The position numbers were made by a program, and so were the translations under genes. The notes beneath the pieces are model-generated. The model searched no databases, was not told the origin of the DNA, and saw nothing but the letters and a program-made list of their open reading frames with translations. Source: an uncultured Candidatus Saccharibacteria bacterium (GTDB lineage Bacteria; Patescibacteriota; Minisyncoccia; Ryanbacterales; HO2-45-13). From it: DNA of 62,807 bases. The DNA lies in NCBI GenBank assembly GCA_964354975.1, contig CAYHBS010000005.1:1-62807 (forward strand), in the 5' to 3' direction. Below, piece by piece: positions 26,575 through 34,998 of the stretch (the stretch's first letter is position 1; every line of letters starts with the position of its first letter).

Positions 26575-27018
26575 CTATTTAAGCTGCTTCATCCCCATTA
26601 ATGTGACTATCACGAGTATTGCAGAAAAAGTTGCCGTAAAAATATATCCCAGTCCCGCAGCTACTCCCACACCCGCCGCAACCCAAAGCCCCGCGGCGGT
26701 GGTGAGTCCATGAAGCATATCGTTGCGAAAAATAATTACACCTGCGCCAATAAAGCCAATCCCGACGACTACTTGTGATGCAATGCGTGTGGGATCAATT
26801 GCGCCCGTAGCGTCGTCCATAGAGAGCAATGTGGACATACTGACAAACAACGCCGCGCCAAGTGTCACAAGCGCGTGTGTACGAATGCCCGCAGTGTGGC
26901 CAGAAATTTCACGTTCCACACCAATTGCAATACCAAGAAGTAACGCAATCAGCAGTCTGATAGCAACAAGAAATTCTGGAATTATGAGTAAATCATCAAT
27001 GGACATTGTACGGAGCAT
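26575..27018 (-). CDS. mgtC: MgtC/SapB family membrane protein
   Basis: LLLGIAIGVEREISGHTAGIRTHALVTLGAALF is the conserved MgtC N-terminal domain signature. 147 aa, polytopic. Confidence 0.85.
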   Translation of the reverse strand: MLRTMSIDDLLIIPEFLVAIRLLIALLLGIAIGVEREISGHTAGIRTHALVTLGAALFVSMSTLLSMDDATGAIDPTRIASQVVVGIGFIGAGVIIFRNDMLHGLTTAAGLWVAAGVGVAAGLGYIFTATFSAILVIVTLMGMKQLK

Positions 27019-27070
27019 CTATGCCCAATAATCGCACTATATACGAGTGTACCATTTACATTCAGAAACA

Positions 27071-27463
27071 TCACTTCGATGTCGCCGCAACGTGTTCAAG
27101 CACCTGGGACACAATTTCTTGAAGTGAATTATGCGCCTTTACCAAGTATGCTTTCGCCCCAAGACTAAGCGCTTTTTCCCTATCGGTGTCTTGGTCTAAA
27201 TTGGAAAGCACAATGACCGGAATATCAGTAATCGTTTTATCAAGTTTCTTTTCGATCAAAAATTCAAAGCCGTTTTTTTGCGGCATCATCAAATCAAGCA
27301 CCACGAGATCAATCTTACTACTTTTAATCGCTCCAAGCGCCTGTTCTCCATTATGCACGTGGATCACCTCAAGTCCGTCGCGAGTCAGTTCGTTGACAAG
27401 TGTTTTTGCGAGAAATCGGTCGTCCTCTGCGAGAAGTATTTTCTTTCCCTGCGGTTCAGTCAT
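27071..27463 (-). CDS. stand-alone response regulator receiver domain (CheY-like)
   Basis: KKILLAEDD.., phospho-acceptor context DLVVLDLMMP, VIVLSN, KALSLGAKAYLVK. No output domain. TACGAT-N7-ATG lies upstream. Confidence 0.88.
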   Translation of the reverse strand: MTEPQGKKILLAEDDRFLAKTLVNELTRDGLEVIHVHNGEQALGAIKSSKIDLVVLDLMMPQKNGFEFLIEKKLDKTITDIPVIVLSNLDQDTDREKALSLGAKAYLVKAHNSLQEIVSQVLEHVAATSK

Positions 27464-27495
27464 ACTGTGTATCGTACCGGATGTTGCATAAAAGA

Positions 27496-27526
27496 AAAAC
27501 CCCGCACTACGTCAGTTCGGGGTTTT
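27496..27526 (-). terminator. intrinsic terminator after the major pilin gene
   Basis: Minus strand reads AAAACCCCG..loop..CGGGGTTTTTCTTTT. Confidence 0.65.
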
Positions 27527-27536
27527 CGATAGGTAT

Positions 27537-28055
27537 TTATCGTTGCACTGAGATTGTGGAAGGACTCTCCGCATCACAAGATCCAATAACAATTGAGCCG
27601 TTAGTATTTTTACGCATGTAATAACCGGTCAGCGCGCTGGACCAACTTCCACTGCCATTTGGATTCACGGGAAGCGTCGAAAGATACCCTTCCGTAGCGA
27701 GACCCGAGAGATTTACGCAATCATTTGCACCGGCGACAGTTTGATCAACAACGCTACAGCTCGTGTTACACGCGACTGTTGTAGATGCGTTTGATATTTG
27801 ATAAGCATTTCCGGCAACGGTTGCAGCAGCGGTAGCATCAAAATTGACACCATAAATATACGGACCCCGATTATCCACTTGGTCAATCTTAATTGAAGAG
27901 AGTACTGCCGTGACATCTGACCAACGCTTTGCGTCTCTGGCGTCGCGGAAACGTGAGAGTGGATCGAGCGCGACAAACGCCACTCCTGCGAGGATAGCGA
28001 TAATTCCGATGACAATGAGTAATTCGAGCAACGTAAAACCTTTTTGCTTTTGCAT
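27537..28055 (-). CDS. type IV pilin (probable major subunit)
   Basis: Class III signal MQKQKG/FTLLELLIVIGIIAILAGVAFVAL with E at +5. 172 aa with four Cys in the globular head. Has its own terminator. Confidence 0.85.
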   Translation of the reverse strand: MQKQKGFTLLELLIVIGIIAILAGVAFVALDPLSRFRDARDAKRWSDVTAVLSSIKIDQVDNRGPYIYGVNFDATAAATVAGNAYQISNASTTVACNTSCSVVDQTVAGANDCVNLSGLATEGYLSTLPVNPNGSGSWSSALTGYYMRKNTNGSIVIGSCDAESPSTISVQR

Positions 28056-28080
28056 ATAAATAAGGAGCTAATAAGAGAGA

Positions 28081-29664
28081 TTAATTGGACAAGCGCTCCG
28101 CATACTGACGCGCGATCCAACCTTCTTGTTGACCTATACGAATATGATACCAGTCGCCCTTCTCCTCCAGTAGTGGATAACTCTCCCCTGGATTTACCCT
28201 TGTGACTTGGGCATATGTGGTCCCTGGCCCACTGCGGACGTTGAGCCACCCCGTTGGTGTTTGAAGAATTTTTACCATTTCGGATGCTGACGGTGTTGTA
28301 GGCAAAGCGGATCCGGTTGTAGTGCCGACCTGATTTTCATTTTCCTCCCCTGCCGGCATGAGCGTGATATATTCCACATTCGGTACAAACACATCTGTAT
28401 CGCCAGCGCGAAAACGTTCAACCGTGTCCTTAAACGAAAGTGCGGTCAGTGCCCCAAGGCCTACAATGCAGAACAGCCCAAAAATGAGGAGTCGAAACTG
28501 ATTGAATGCGCGTGGGAATATACTCATCATGTGCACTGATTTTTTTGCGCCTTGTGCAACTCCACTCAACGATACCGTTTGACGTTTTGAAGGGGCCCCT
28601 TCGTATTCAGCCGAGAAACAGGGATCTCCCTCCCAACCGCGATCAAGCGCTCGTCGTGCAAGCCCCACCGCAGCAACACCAATGTTCTTGGCAAAAACAG
28701 GATATTCATCCTCGTGGTGCGCGCCTTCAACTGCAAGTACCGGTACACCAATTGATACAGGAACATCGCTTGTGACCTGCATATATTCTTTGAGCCCAGG
28801 CAATTGACTGGTTCCTCCCACAAGAACCACCGATGCAACTCTTCGCTGGTATTTTTCATAAAAATCATCGAGTGCACCTCGGATTTCTTTTCCAACGGGC
28901 TCCAGTGCTTTCACCGCGGCGATAAAGATGGGAGATCCGGATTCTTTTACTCCTTCTTTTTTCTTACGATCCTCCGCTTCATTGACGCTCATACCAAGTG
29001 ACACCGCGATACTGGTGGTGATATCCTCGCCAGCAGTGCTGACTTGCCGCGATGTGCGAAGTCCCGCACCGTCAAAAATGGAAATGTCGGTTCGTCGCGC
29101 TCCAATATCTACCACGGCAATCACTTCCGTTTTACGATGCATCATCAGCCCTCGATACAGCGCGAGCGCTTCCACATCGAAACAGCGCAGTGGGATATCG
29201 AGTTCGGCAAAAAAAGCTCTCCATGGGGCAATTGCAGAGCGACTCATCGCAATGAGCAGTACATCAGCATTCACACCGGAAGTAATCAATTTTTGCGTGA
29301 CGTATAATGCATCTTCGGTCGCAAGGGGTACATTTTCCGCAAGAGCGCGCGCGACGTGCCCAGTAAAATCTTTTTCGTCTACGGGTGCGTGGAGCGTATG
29401 TACATAAATGAGTGAATCGGGAATGGCGAAGACAACATTTTTTGGTTTAATGGGACGGGGCAATGCATTGCGCATTGCTTCCTCAATAATAGTTTTTAAC
29501 TCTTCGGGAGATACAAGTACGCCTTGTTCCACGACGCCTTTCGGCAGCGTGCGCTTTACTGCTCCGTCAACAAAGAACCTCCCTTTTTGGACGCTGATCT
29601 GCACGATTTCTAAAATGTGATCGGTGACATGGATGCCAACCGCTGACCGTTTTCCTAGTAGCAT
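28081..29664 (-). CDS. pilM: PilM-like actin-fold pilus assembly protein fused to a TM segment and C-terminal SH3b domain
   Basis: PilM/FtsA-like ATPase fold (VVDIGARRTDISIF, VLVGGTSQLPGL). TM at aa 391-411 (RLLIFGLFCIVGLGALTALSF). SH3b-like C-terminus (GWLNVRSGPGTTYAQVTRVNPGESYPLLEEKGDWYHIRI..EGWIA). Confidence 0.78.
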   Translation of the reverse strand: MLLGKRSAVGIHVTDHILEIVQISVQKGRFFVDGAVKRTLPKGVVEQGVLVSPEELKTIIEEAMRNALPRPIKPKNVVFAIPDSLIYVHTLHAPVDEKDFTGHVARALAENVPLATEDALYVTQKLITSGVNADVLLIAMSRSAIAPWRAFFAELDIPLRCFDVEALALYRGLMMHRKTEVIAVVDIGARRTDISIFDGAGLRTSRQVSTAGEDITTSIAVSLGMSVNEAEDRKKKEGVKESGSPIFIAAVKALEPVGKEIRGALDDFYEKYQRRVASVVLVGGTSQLPGLKEYMQVTSDVPVSIGVPVLAVEGAHHEDEYPVFAKNIGVAAVGLARRALDRGWEGDPCFSAEYEGAPSKRQTVSLSGVAQGAKKSVHMMSIFPRAFNQFRLLIFGLFCIVGLGALTALSFKDTVERFRAGDTDVFVPNVEYITLMPAGEENENQVGTTTGSALPTTPSASEMVKILQTPTGWLNVRSGPGTTYAQVTRVNPGESYPLLEEKGDWYHIRIGQQEGWIARQYAERLSN

Positions 29665-29666
29665 GA

Positions 29667-30080
29667 TTATGGAACGGGCACGAATGATGTGTGCTCGACA
29701 TTCACTGTTGCGGGAACGCTTCCACTCACAAGTACAGACGCCCGTAGTGCGGTAGCGTATCCGTCTGTTGTTTGCGCAACCACAAACACATCAGAGGGCG
29801 TTCCTCCCGCCACCGTTATTATACACGATCCATTTGCCATCAATAACGAGCCTCCCGCGTCTGCCGGTGCACGGACAAACGTGCGTAGTTGTTCTTCCAC
29901 ACACCCCTCTGCAAGTGCGCGCGCGTGCAGTGTTCCTATTGATCCTAAGTGTCTCGTAAGCTGACCGATGCCTGATTGTGATGCGGACATAGCCATGAGT
30001 AGAAGTACTCCACCAAGTATCACAACCACGAGCAATGCCCCTACACCCTGCTCATAGATGTGCTCGTGTATTTGACGCAT
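29667..30080 (-). CDS. PilX-like / pilus-associated membrane-anchored protein
   Basis: From ATG 30080: MRQIHEHIYEQGVGALLVVVILGGVLLLMAM... Single N-terminal hydrophobic helix without E+5. Embedded among the pilin genes. Confidence 0.45.
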   Translation of the reverse strand: MRQIHEHIYEQGVGALLVVVILGGVLLLMAMSASQSGIGQLTRHLGSIGTLHARALAEGCVEEQLRTFVRAPADAGGSLLMANGSCIITVAGGTPSDVFVVAQTTDGYATALRASVLVSGSVPATVNVEHTSFVPVP

Positions 30081-30081
30081 A

Positions 30082-30564
30082 TTAGTTGGCGGTGACAAAC
30101 GAAGTAGTAATAGGAATTTCGAGCGCGTTCCCCCCTTCGCGATCGGTACGACCGACCAGATACACACCCACATGATCTCTCCGGCCAATAGTATTTCTAT
30201 GCACAAATGACAGCGTCGTAATGGTCACGCTCGGATCTGAAATTGTGGTGGATGCAAACCCATTCACACCTCTCACTATCGTGGCTCCCGAGAGACCAAA
30301 GGAAGTGATTTCAAACGTCTCTGCATTGATCAACGCGAGATAAGAATCAGACGCACCTGCGCTTGGAAACTGCACGATGTTAGACACTGCGAATGAATCC
30401 GCAAGTTGTTCCATTACCATGTGTAATGATTCTTCGAGATTGGCGCTTCCACTAGTGCGTCCTGTTGAACCGGCGATGCTTATCGTAAGTGATCCAAATG
30501 CAACCGCAATCAGACCTAAGACTGCGACGTAGATGATGAGTTCAATGAGTGTATATCCCTTCAT
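30082..30564 (-). CDS. minor pilin / pseudopilin
   Basis: From ATG 30564: MKG/YTLIELIIYVAVLGLIAVAF (prepilin cleavage/methylation motif, E+5). The tracked 76-aa extension overlaps the upstream gene and was trimmed. Confidence 0.7.
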   Translation of the reverse strand: MKGYTLIELIIYVAVLGLIAVAFGSLTISIAGSTGRTSGSANLEESLHMVMEQLADSFAVSNIVQFPSAGASDSYLALINAETFEITSFGLSGATIVRGVNGFASTTISDPSVTITTLSFVHRNTIGRRDHVGVYLVGRTDREGGNALEIPITTSFVTAN

Positions 30565-30565
30565 G

Positions 30566-33472
30566 CTATTGATAGTTGATGCGCACTTCTTGAAGTATTG
30601 GCGTTGCTGACCCATCACCGGTGAGCTCTGCACGGTATTGTACCCATTGATTTCCATTGAGTGCTGTGGGTACCATCGCTCCTGTCGGCAAATTGAAATA
30701 CGTTCCCGCTCCGGTGACACCGTACCACGCCCCCCACAACCCTGGCATTCCCCCGTTATCGGGCGCAGTATGTACTTGAAATTTAATATCACACATTGCG
30801 GGACATGTGCTTACATCTTCATCCCACTCAATAATTTCAACTGCTGACGCATCAGTCATGTCGAATGCTGAAGAAATCAGTTCACCATACACCGCATATG
30901 CTCCGCTACTAATGACCTCGCGATATGTTATTGTGATTTCATCAATCTGTATTTGCTGGGCCCCATTGCTTGAAAGAAACGCGCGAAACGCAATTTGACC
31001 CGATGATGGATCTACGGTTTGGATATTCGCATTCACGACGCCTGCGGTGTTGAAATGTATTGGCGCAGTTACAGTGGTCCACGCACCGCCATTCCAGTAC
31101 TGCCATGTTGCCCCTCCATCATCGGAAAGTTGGTAGTATACCGATCCTCCGTTCACAATTTCCATTGCGTTAAATGATGTCCATGCGTCTACATTACCAA
31201 CGTTCAAGCTCATCACCGGCGCAATCGTTGGATTCGTGGTGGGATACCCAGATCCTCCCGGACTCGACCAATCGAGCTGGGCGTTGTCGAACCGCGCGAC
31301 GGATTGTCCGTTTACTGCTCCTCCGCCCCCTTTCGTTTGGATGTGCGCGGCAAGCTTCACGTAGTAGGTGCCGGGTACGGTAACCTTGGGCGCAATATTG
31401 ATTGCGGGCGCACTTGCCCACCCTGACACGGCGGTGCGGTTACCACTCGACCACACTTCGGTGTCAATGGTGGGAGCGCCGGGTGCGGCGTCCACAAACG
31501 CGTACAGCTGAAATGAAGTCATGTATGTGGTGTCAATTTGACTCACCGCCCAATCAAAATTAAGCGAAGCGGTCGGATTGCTTACGGTGGTCGTAAATGA
31601 TTGTTCCCAATATCCCGAGAGTATTGAAGATTTGCGCTCGGCAATGGTGACACTCACGTTGCCTGTGGGGTTTCCTCCGGTGGCAGTATATGCGCCGTTC
31701 ACATACGTTGCAGTGTCATTCCAATCCGCATATGTCCATGGCGGAGCGGCGGTTGCAAAATCTGCGTTCGTGGTACCACCTGATGCGGGAGGAATGGTGA
31801 CTGACACCAACTCTGCGTATCCTCCGTTCACTTGGATGTCGGCAGGGTCGAAGAGGTAATCAGATGCGTTGGTGAAGGGCCACTGGTACGCGCGACGGCA
31901 TTCAATACGCACCGCATTGAGCCGCACTAATTGGGATCCATCACTGGAGAAAAAAGCTCTAAACATAATATTGGATGCAGTAACGGGAAATGATGTAATA
32001 TTTGCATTCACCACACTTGCGGTATTGAAACTCGTCAGTGTAACCGCAGTGACCCACGAAAGACTGTTCCAATATTTCCATGTTGCCCCTCCATCATCAG
32101 ACAGTTGGTAATATATTTCTCCACCATTTTTTACTGCGTCTTCTTGAAATGCACCCCATTCAGACATTGATGTGGGACTGTATGCACTCACCGGCGCAAT
32201 CGTTGGATTCGTGGTGGGATACCCAGATCCTCCCGGACTCGACCAATCGAGCTGGGCGTTGTCGAACCGCGCGACGGATTGTCCGTTTACTGCTCCTCCG
32301 CCCCCTTTCGTTTGGATGTGCGCGGCAAGCTTCACGTAGTAGGTGCCGGGTACGGTAACCTTGGGCGCAATATTGATTGCGGGCGCACTTGCCCACCCTG
32401 ACACGGCGGTGCGGTTACCACTCGACCACACTTCGGTGTCAATGGTGGGAGCGCCGGGTGCGGCGTCCACAAACGCGTACAGCTGAAATGAAGTCATGTA
32501 TGTGGTGTCAATTTGACTCACCGCCCAATCAAAATTAAGCGAAGCGGTCGGATTGCTTACGGTGGTCGTAAATGATTGTTCCCAATATCCCGAGAGTATT
32601 GAAGATTTGCGCTCGGCAATGGTGACACTCACGTTGCCTGTGGGGTTTCCTCCGGTGGCAGTATATGCGCCGTTCACATACGTTGCAGTGTCATTCCAAT
32701 CCGCATATGTCCATGGCGGAGCGGCGGTTGCAAAATCTGCGTTCGTGGTACCACCTGATGCGGGAGGAATGGTGACTGACACCAACTCTGCGTATCCTCC
32801 GTTCACTTGGATGTCGGCAGGGTCGAAGAGGTAATCAGATGCGTTGGTGAAGGGCCATTCGTAGAGCCCACAGGTCATTCCACCTGATGCGAGCTTCACA
32901 CTGCCCACAGTACCGATATCAATATTTCCGTCATCACTTTCGTATTTTGTTGAATCACTCCAAATTGTCTGCCCACTTCCACCAATCCAATTTGTTTGCG
33001 TCCAAAATGATGAGGCCCAGTTCGTGAGTAAGGTAGTTGCGCTCACGATGCGTTCACTTGCGCCCACTCCCCATGTTACTTCCGCGGTCACTGATTTTGA
33101 GTGCGGATCGGTGTACGCGCCTGGGCACGCAATAATATTGTGTGCACCATCTCGACACACATCAGCGAAAAGGACACGCCGTGAAAATGCGCCAAGTACT
33201 TCTGTAGTGCTTTCTCCAAGAAAGTTCCATGTGTCTCCCGCGAGTGTAAATCCGGAATTTATGAGAGTGAATTCATTCCACGCACGATCTTGAATGGTGC
33301 GCACCGCGGTCATTGCCTCTGTGACGTATCCTTCTGCCTCAACGAGTGGTGCGGCGATCACACTCACATCAAGTCCGGTGGCCGCAAGCGAGGCGACCGC
33401 ACTCGCAATCACGCCAAATATGGCGACTGCGAGCACTATTTCAAGAAGCCCCACTCCTTCATTACTCTTCAT
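30566..33472 (-). CDS. giant prepilin-like protein (968 aa) with duplicated 325-aa module
   Basis: N-terminus MKSNEG/VGLLEIVLAVAIFGVIASAV (E+5). Two tandem modules each end in an Asp-box SDDGGATW. 223 aa of the two modules are identical. Confidence 0.75.
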   Translation of the reverse strand: MKSNEGVGLLEIVLAVAIFGVIASAVASLAATGLDVSVIAAPLVEAEGYVTEAMTAVRTIQDRAWNEFTLINSGFTLAGDTWNFLGESTTEVLGAFSRRVLFADVCRDGAHNIIACPGAYTDPHSKSVTAEVTWGVGASERIVSATTLLTNWASSFWTQTNWIGGSGQTIWSDSTKYESDDGNIDIGTVGSVKLASGGMTCGLYEWPFTNASDYLFDPADIQVNGGYAELVSVTIPPASGGTTNADFATAAPPWTYADWNDTATYVNGAYTATGGNPTGNVSVTIAERKSSILSGYWEQSFTTTVSNPTASLNFDWAVSQIDTTYMTSFQLYAFVDAAPGAPTIDTEVWSSGNRTAVSGWASAPAINIAPKVTVPGTYYVKLAAHIQTKGGGGAVNGQSVARFDNAQLDWSSPGGSGYPTTNPTIAPVSAYSPTSMSEWGAFQEDAVKNGGEIYYQLSDDGGATWKYWNSLSWVTAVTLTSFNTASVVNANITSFPVTASNIMFRAFFSSDGSQLVRLNAVRIECRRAYQWPFTNASDYLFDPADIQVNGGYAELVSVTIPPASGGTTNADFATAAPPWTYADWNDTATYVNGAYTATGGNPTGNVSVTIAERKSSILSGYWEQSFTTTVSNPTASLNFDWAVSQIDTTYMTSFQLYAFVDAAPGAPTIDTEVWSSGNRTAVSGWASAPAINIAPKVTVPGTYYVKLAAHIQTKGGGGAVNGQSVARFDNAQLDWSSPGGSGYPTTNPTIAPVMSLNVGNVDAWTSFNAMEIVNGGSVYYQLSDDGGATWQYWNGGAWTTVTAPIHFNTAGVVNANIQTVDPSSGQIAFRAFLSSNGAQQIQIDEITITYREVISSGAYAVYGELISSAFDMTDASAVEIIEWDEDVSTCPAMCDIKFQVHTAPDNGGMPGLWGAWYGVTGAGTYFNLPTGAMVPTALNGNQWVQYRAELTGDGSATPILQEVRINYQ
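31213..31882. repeat. 670-bp intragenic repeat, copy B
   Basis: Appears base-for-base identical to 32188-32857 (offset 975 bp), by my own line-by-line comparison. Identical antisense track ORFs at 31578-31859 and 32553-32834 agree. Confidence 0.9.
32188..32857. repeat. 670-bp intragenic repeat, copy A
   Basis: See 31213-31882. The 305 bp between the copies (31883-32187) is only loosely similar to the segment after copy B. Confidence 0.9.
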
Positions 33473-33938
33473 ATATCAATCCCGCTTCCGTGAGCGTTAG
33501 CGTGTGTGTGTCGCCTCCCGTAGTAATAAAAATCTTTCTTGCGGTGGTGGTGCCGACGGATCCCGAAAAATGCACATCGGGAATCGATGGCTCCAGCGAC
33601 ACCACCGCGTCCGTCTCCAATGGAATCATGTAATCTGCCTCACTACTCCGCACACCATAACTCTCTCCTTGGTACATTGTGAGCATAACGGGCGCGCTGA
33701 TGATATTAACAAAAAGTCCGTGCGTGGTGTATTGAAAATTTCCACGTGAACGTGAGCGCGCCTCGCGGAGAGCGTCGGCAATGGTACGTTCCGCACTTGC
33801 GAGTTGTGCTGACGTATAAGACCGAGAAAGAAGCGGAAGTAATACCGCGCCGAGCATCATGAGCACCCCAAGCACAAAAATTGTTTCAAGCACACTGATA
33901 CCTGCGGACTTTCTCTGCAACTGCCGCGCCCGATGCAT
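33462..33938 (-). CDS. minor pilin / pseudopilin (GspH/FimT-like size)
   Basis: From ATG 33938: MHRARQLQRKSAG/ISVLETIFVLGVLMMLGAVLL (E+5). The tracked extension overlaps pilC and was trimmed. Confidence 0.65.
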   Translation of the reverse strand: MHRARQLQRKSAGISVLETIFVLGVLMMLGAVLLPLLSRSYTSAQLASAERTIADALREARSRSRGNFQYTTHGLFVNIISAPVMLTMYQGESYGVRSSEADYMIPLETDAVVSLEPSIPDVHFSGSVGTTTARKIFITTGGDTHTLTLTEAGLIYEE

Positions 33939-33939
33939 A

Positions 33940-34995
33940 TCACCGACGCAAACTTCCGGTAATTTCGTAGATCGGAGAAATGATCGAAAGCGCAAGAAAC
34001 ACCACCACTCCTCCCATGACAAGCAGTAGGAGCGGCTCTACCAAACTTGCAAGGGACTTCGTCGCGGTATCGACGTCAGATTCATAAAATTCCGCCAAGT
34101 AGGTGAGTGTACTTTCATATGCTCCCGCATTTTCTCCCACCCGAATCATATTTGTGACAAGTGGCGGAAAGAGTGATGCGTGGTCGGCGAGCGCGGCGGA
34201 AAGTGTCTCTCCCCCACGTGCGCGCTCCCTGGCGCTCCTGATGGCGCGCTGGTAATACACATTCGTGGCGTTTGTTTCTGTCACCGCAAGCGCCTCATCA
34301 AGTGTGAGCCCGCTTTTGAGGAGCATGGCGGACGTACGAGAAAATCGCGCAATATGTGAAGAGACAACGACGCGTCGAACGACGGGAATCCAGAGCGCGA
34401 GCGCGCCCGTCACTGGCCTCATAAATTTTCTCGTTACCAGTATACTCACCGCAATGAGTCCCACCGCGAGTCCAGTGGCAATGACGGCGCCATGCGCATC
34501 AACAATGTCGGTAAGCCATAGGAGTGCCCGTGTGCTTGCCGGGAGCGTCACACGAAGTCCGCGAAATATCGGGGTAATCTTGGGTAATATAAAAATCGCA
34601 ATAAGCACAGCAAGTCCAGATGCGGCGATCAGGATAATGAGTGGATAGAGCATCGCGCCCATCACTTTTGCCTTGAGTTCACGCTCTTTTTCTAAGCTCA
34701 CCGCGAGATGTTCCAAGTTCTCGACTAACGTGCCCGAAGACTCTCCTGCGCGAACCGCCGACACAATATGCGGAGAAAATACGCGAGGATGTTCCGCGAG
34801 CGCCTGCTCGAGCGTGCGCCCCGACTCCACGGCGCGCGCCACGTGCGCGAGCACGCGCTTGAGTCCTCCACGCGCGGAACCTCCCGCAACATGTATCGCT
34901 TCTGTCACGGACATGCCCGATTTCAACATGACCGCAAGATGACGCGCAAGAATTGCGAGATCGGCGAGCGGTGCTTTTTGTTCAAATATGTTCAT
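33940..34995 (-). CDS. pilC: type IV pilus platform protein (GspF/PilC family)
   Basis: Two T2SS-F repeats (LAVMLKSGMSVTEAI.. and SAMLLKSGLTLDEAL..) and three TM regions. Confidence 0.9.
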   Translation of the reverse strand: MNIFEQKAPLADLAILARHLAVMLKSGMSVTEAIHVAGGSARGGLKRVLAHVARAVESGRTLEQALAEHPRVFSPHIVSAVRAGESSGTLVENLEHLAVSLEKERELKAKVMGAMLYPLIILIAASGLAVLIAIFILPKITPIFRGLRVTLPASTRALLWLTDIVDAHGAVIATGLAVGLIAVSILVTRKFMRPVTGALALWIPVVRRVVVSSHIARFSRTSAMLLKSGLTLDEALAVTETNATNVYYQRAIRSARERARGGETLSAALADHASLFPPLVTNMIRVGENAGAYESTLTYLAEFYESDVDTATKSLASLVEPLLLLVMGGVVVFLALSIISPIYEITGSLRR

Positions 34996-34998
34996 ATG

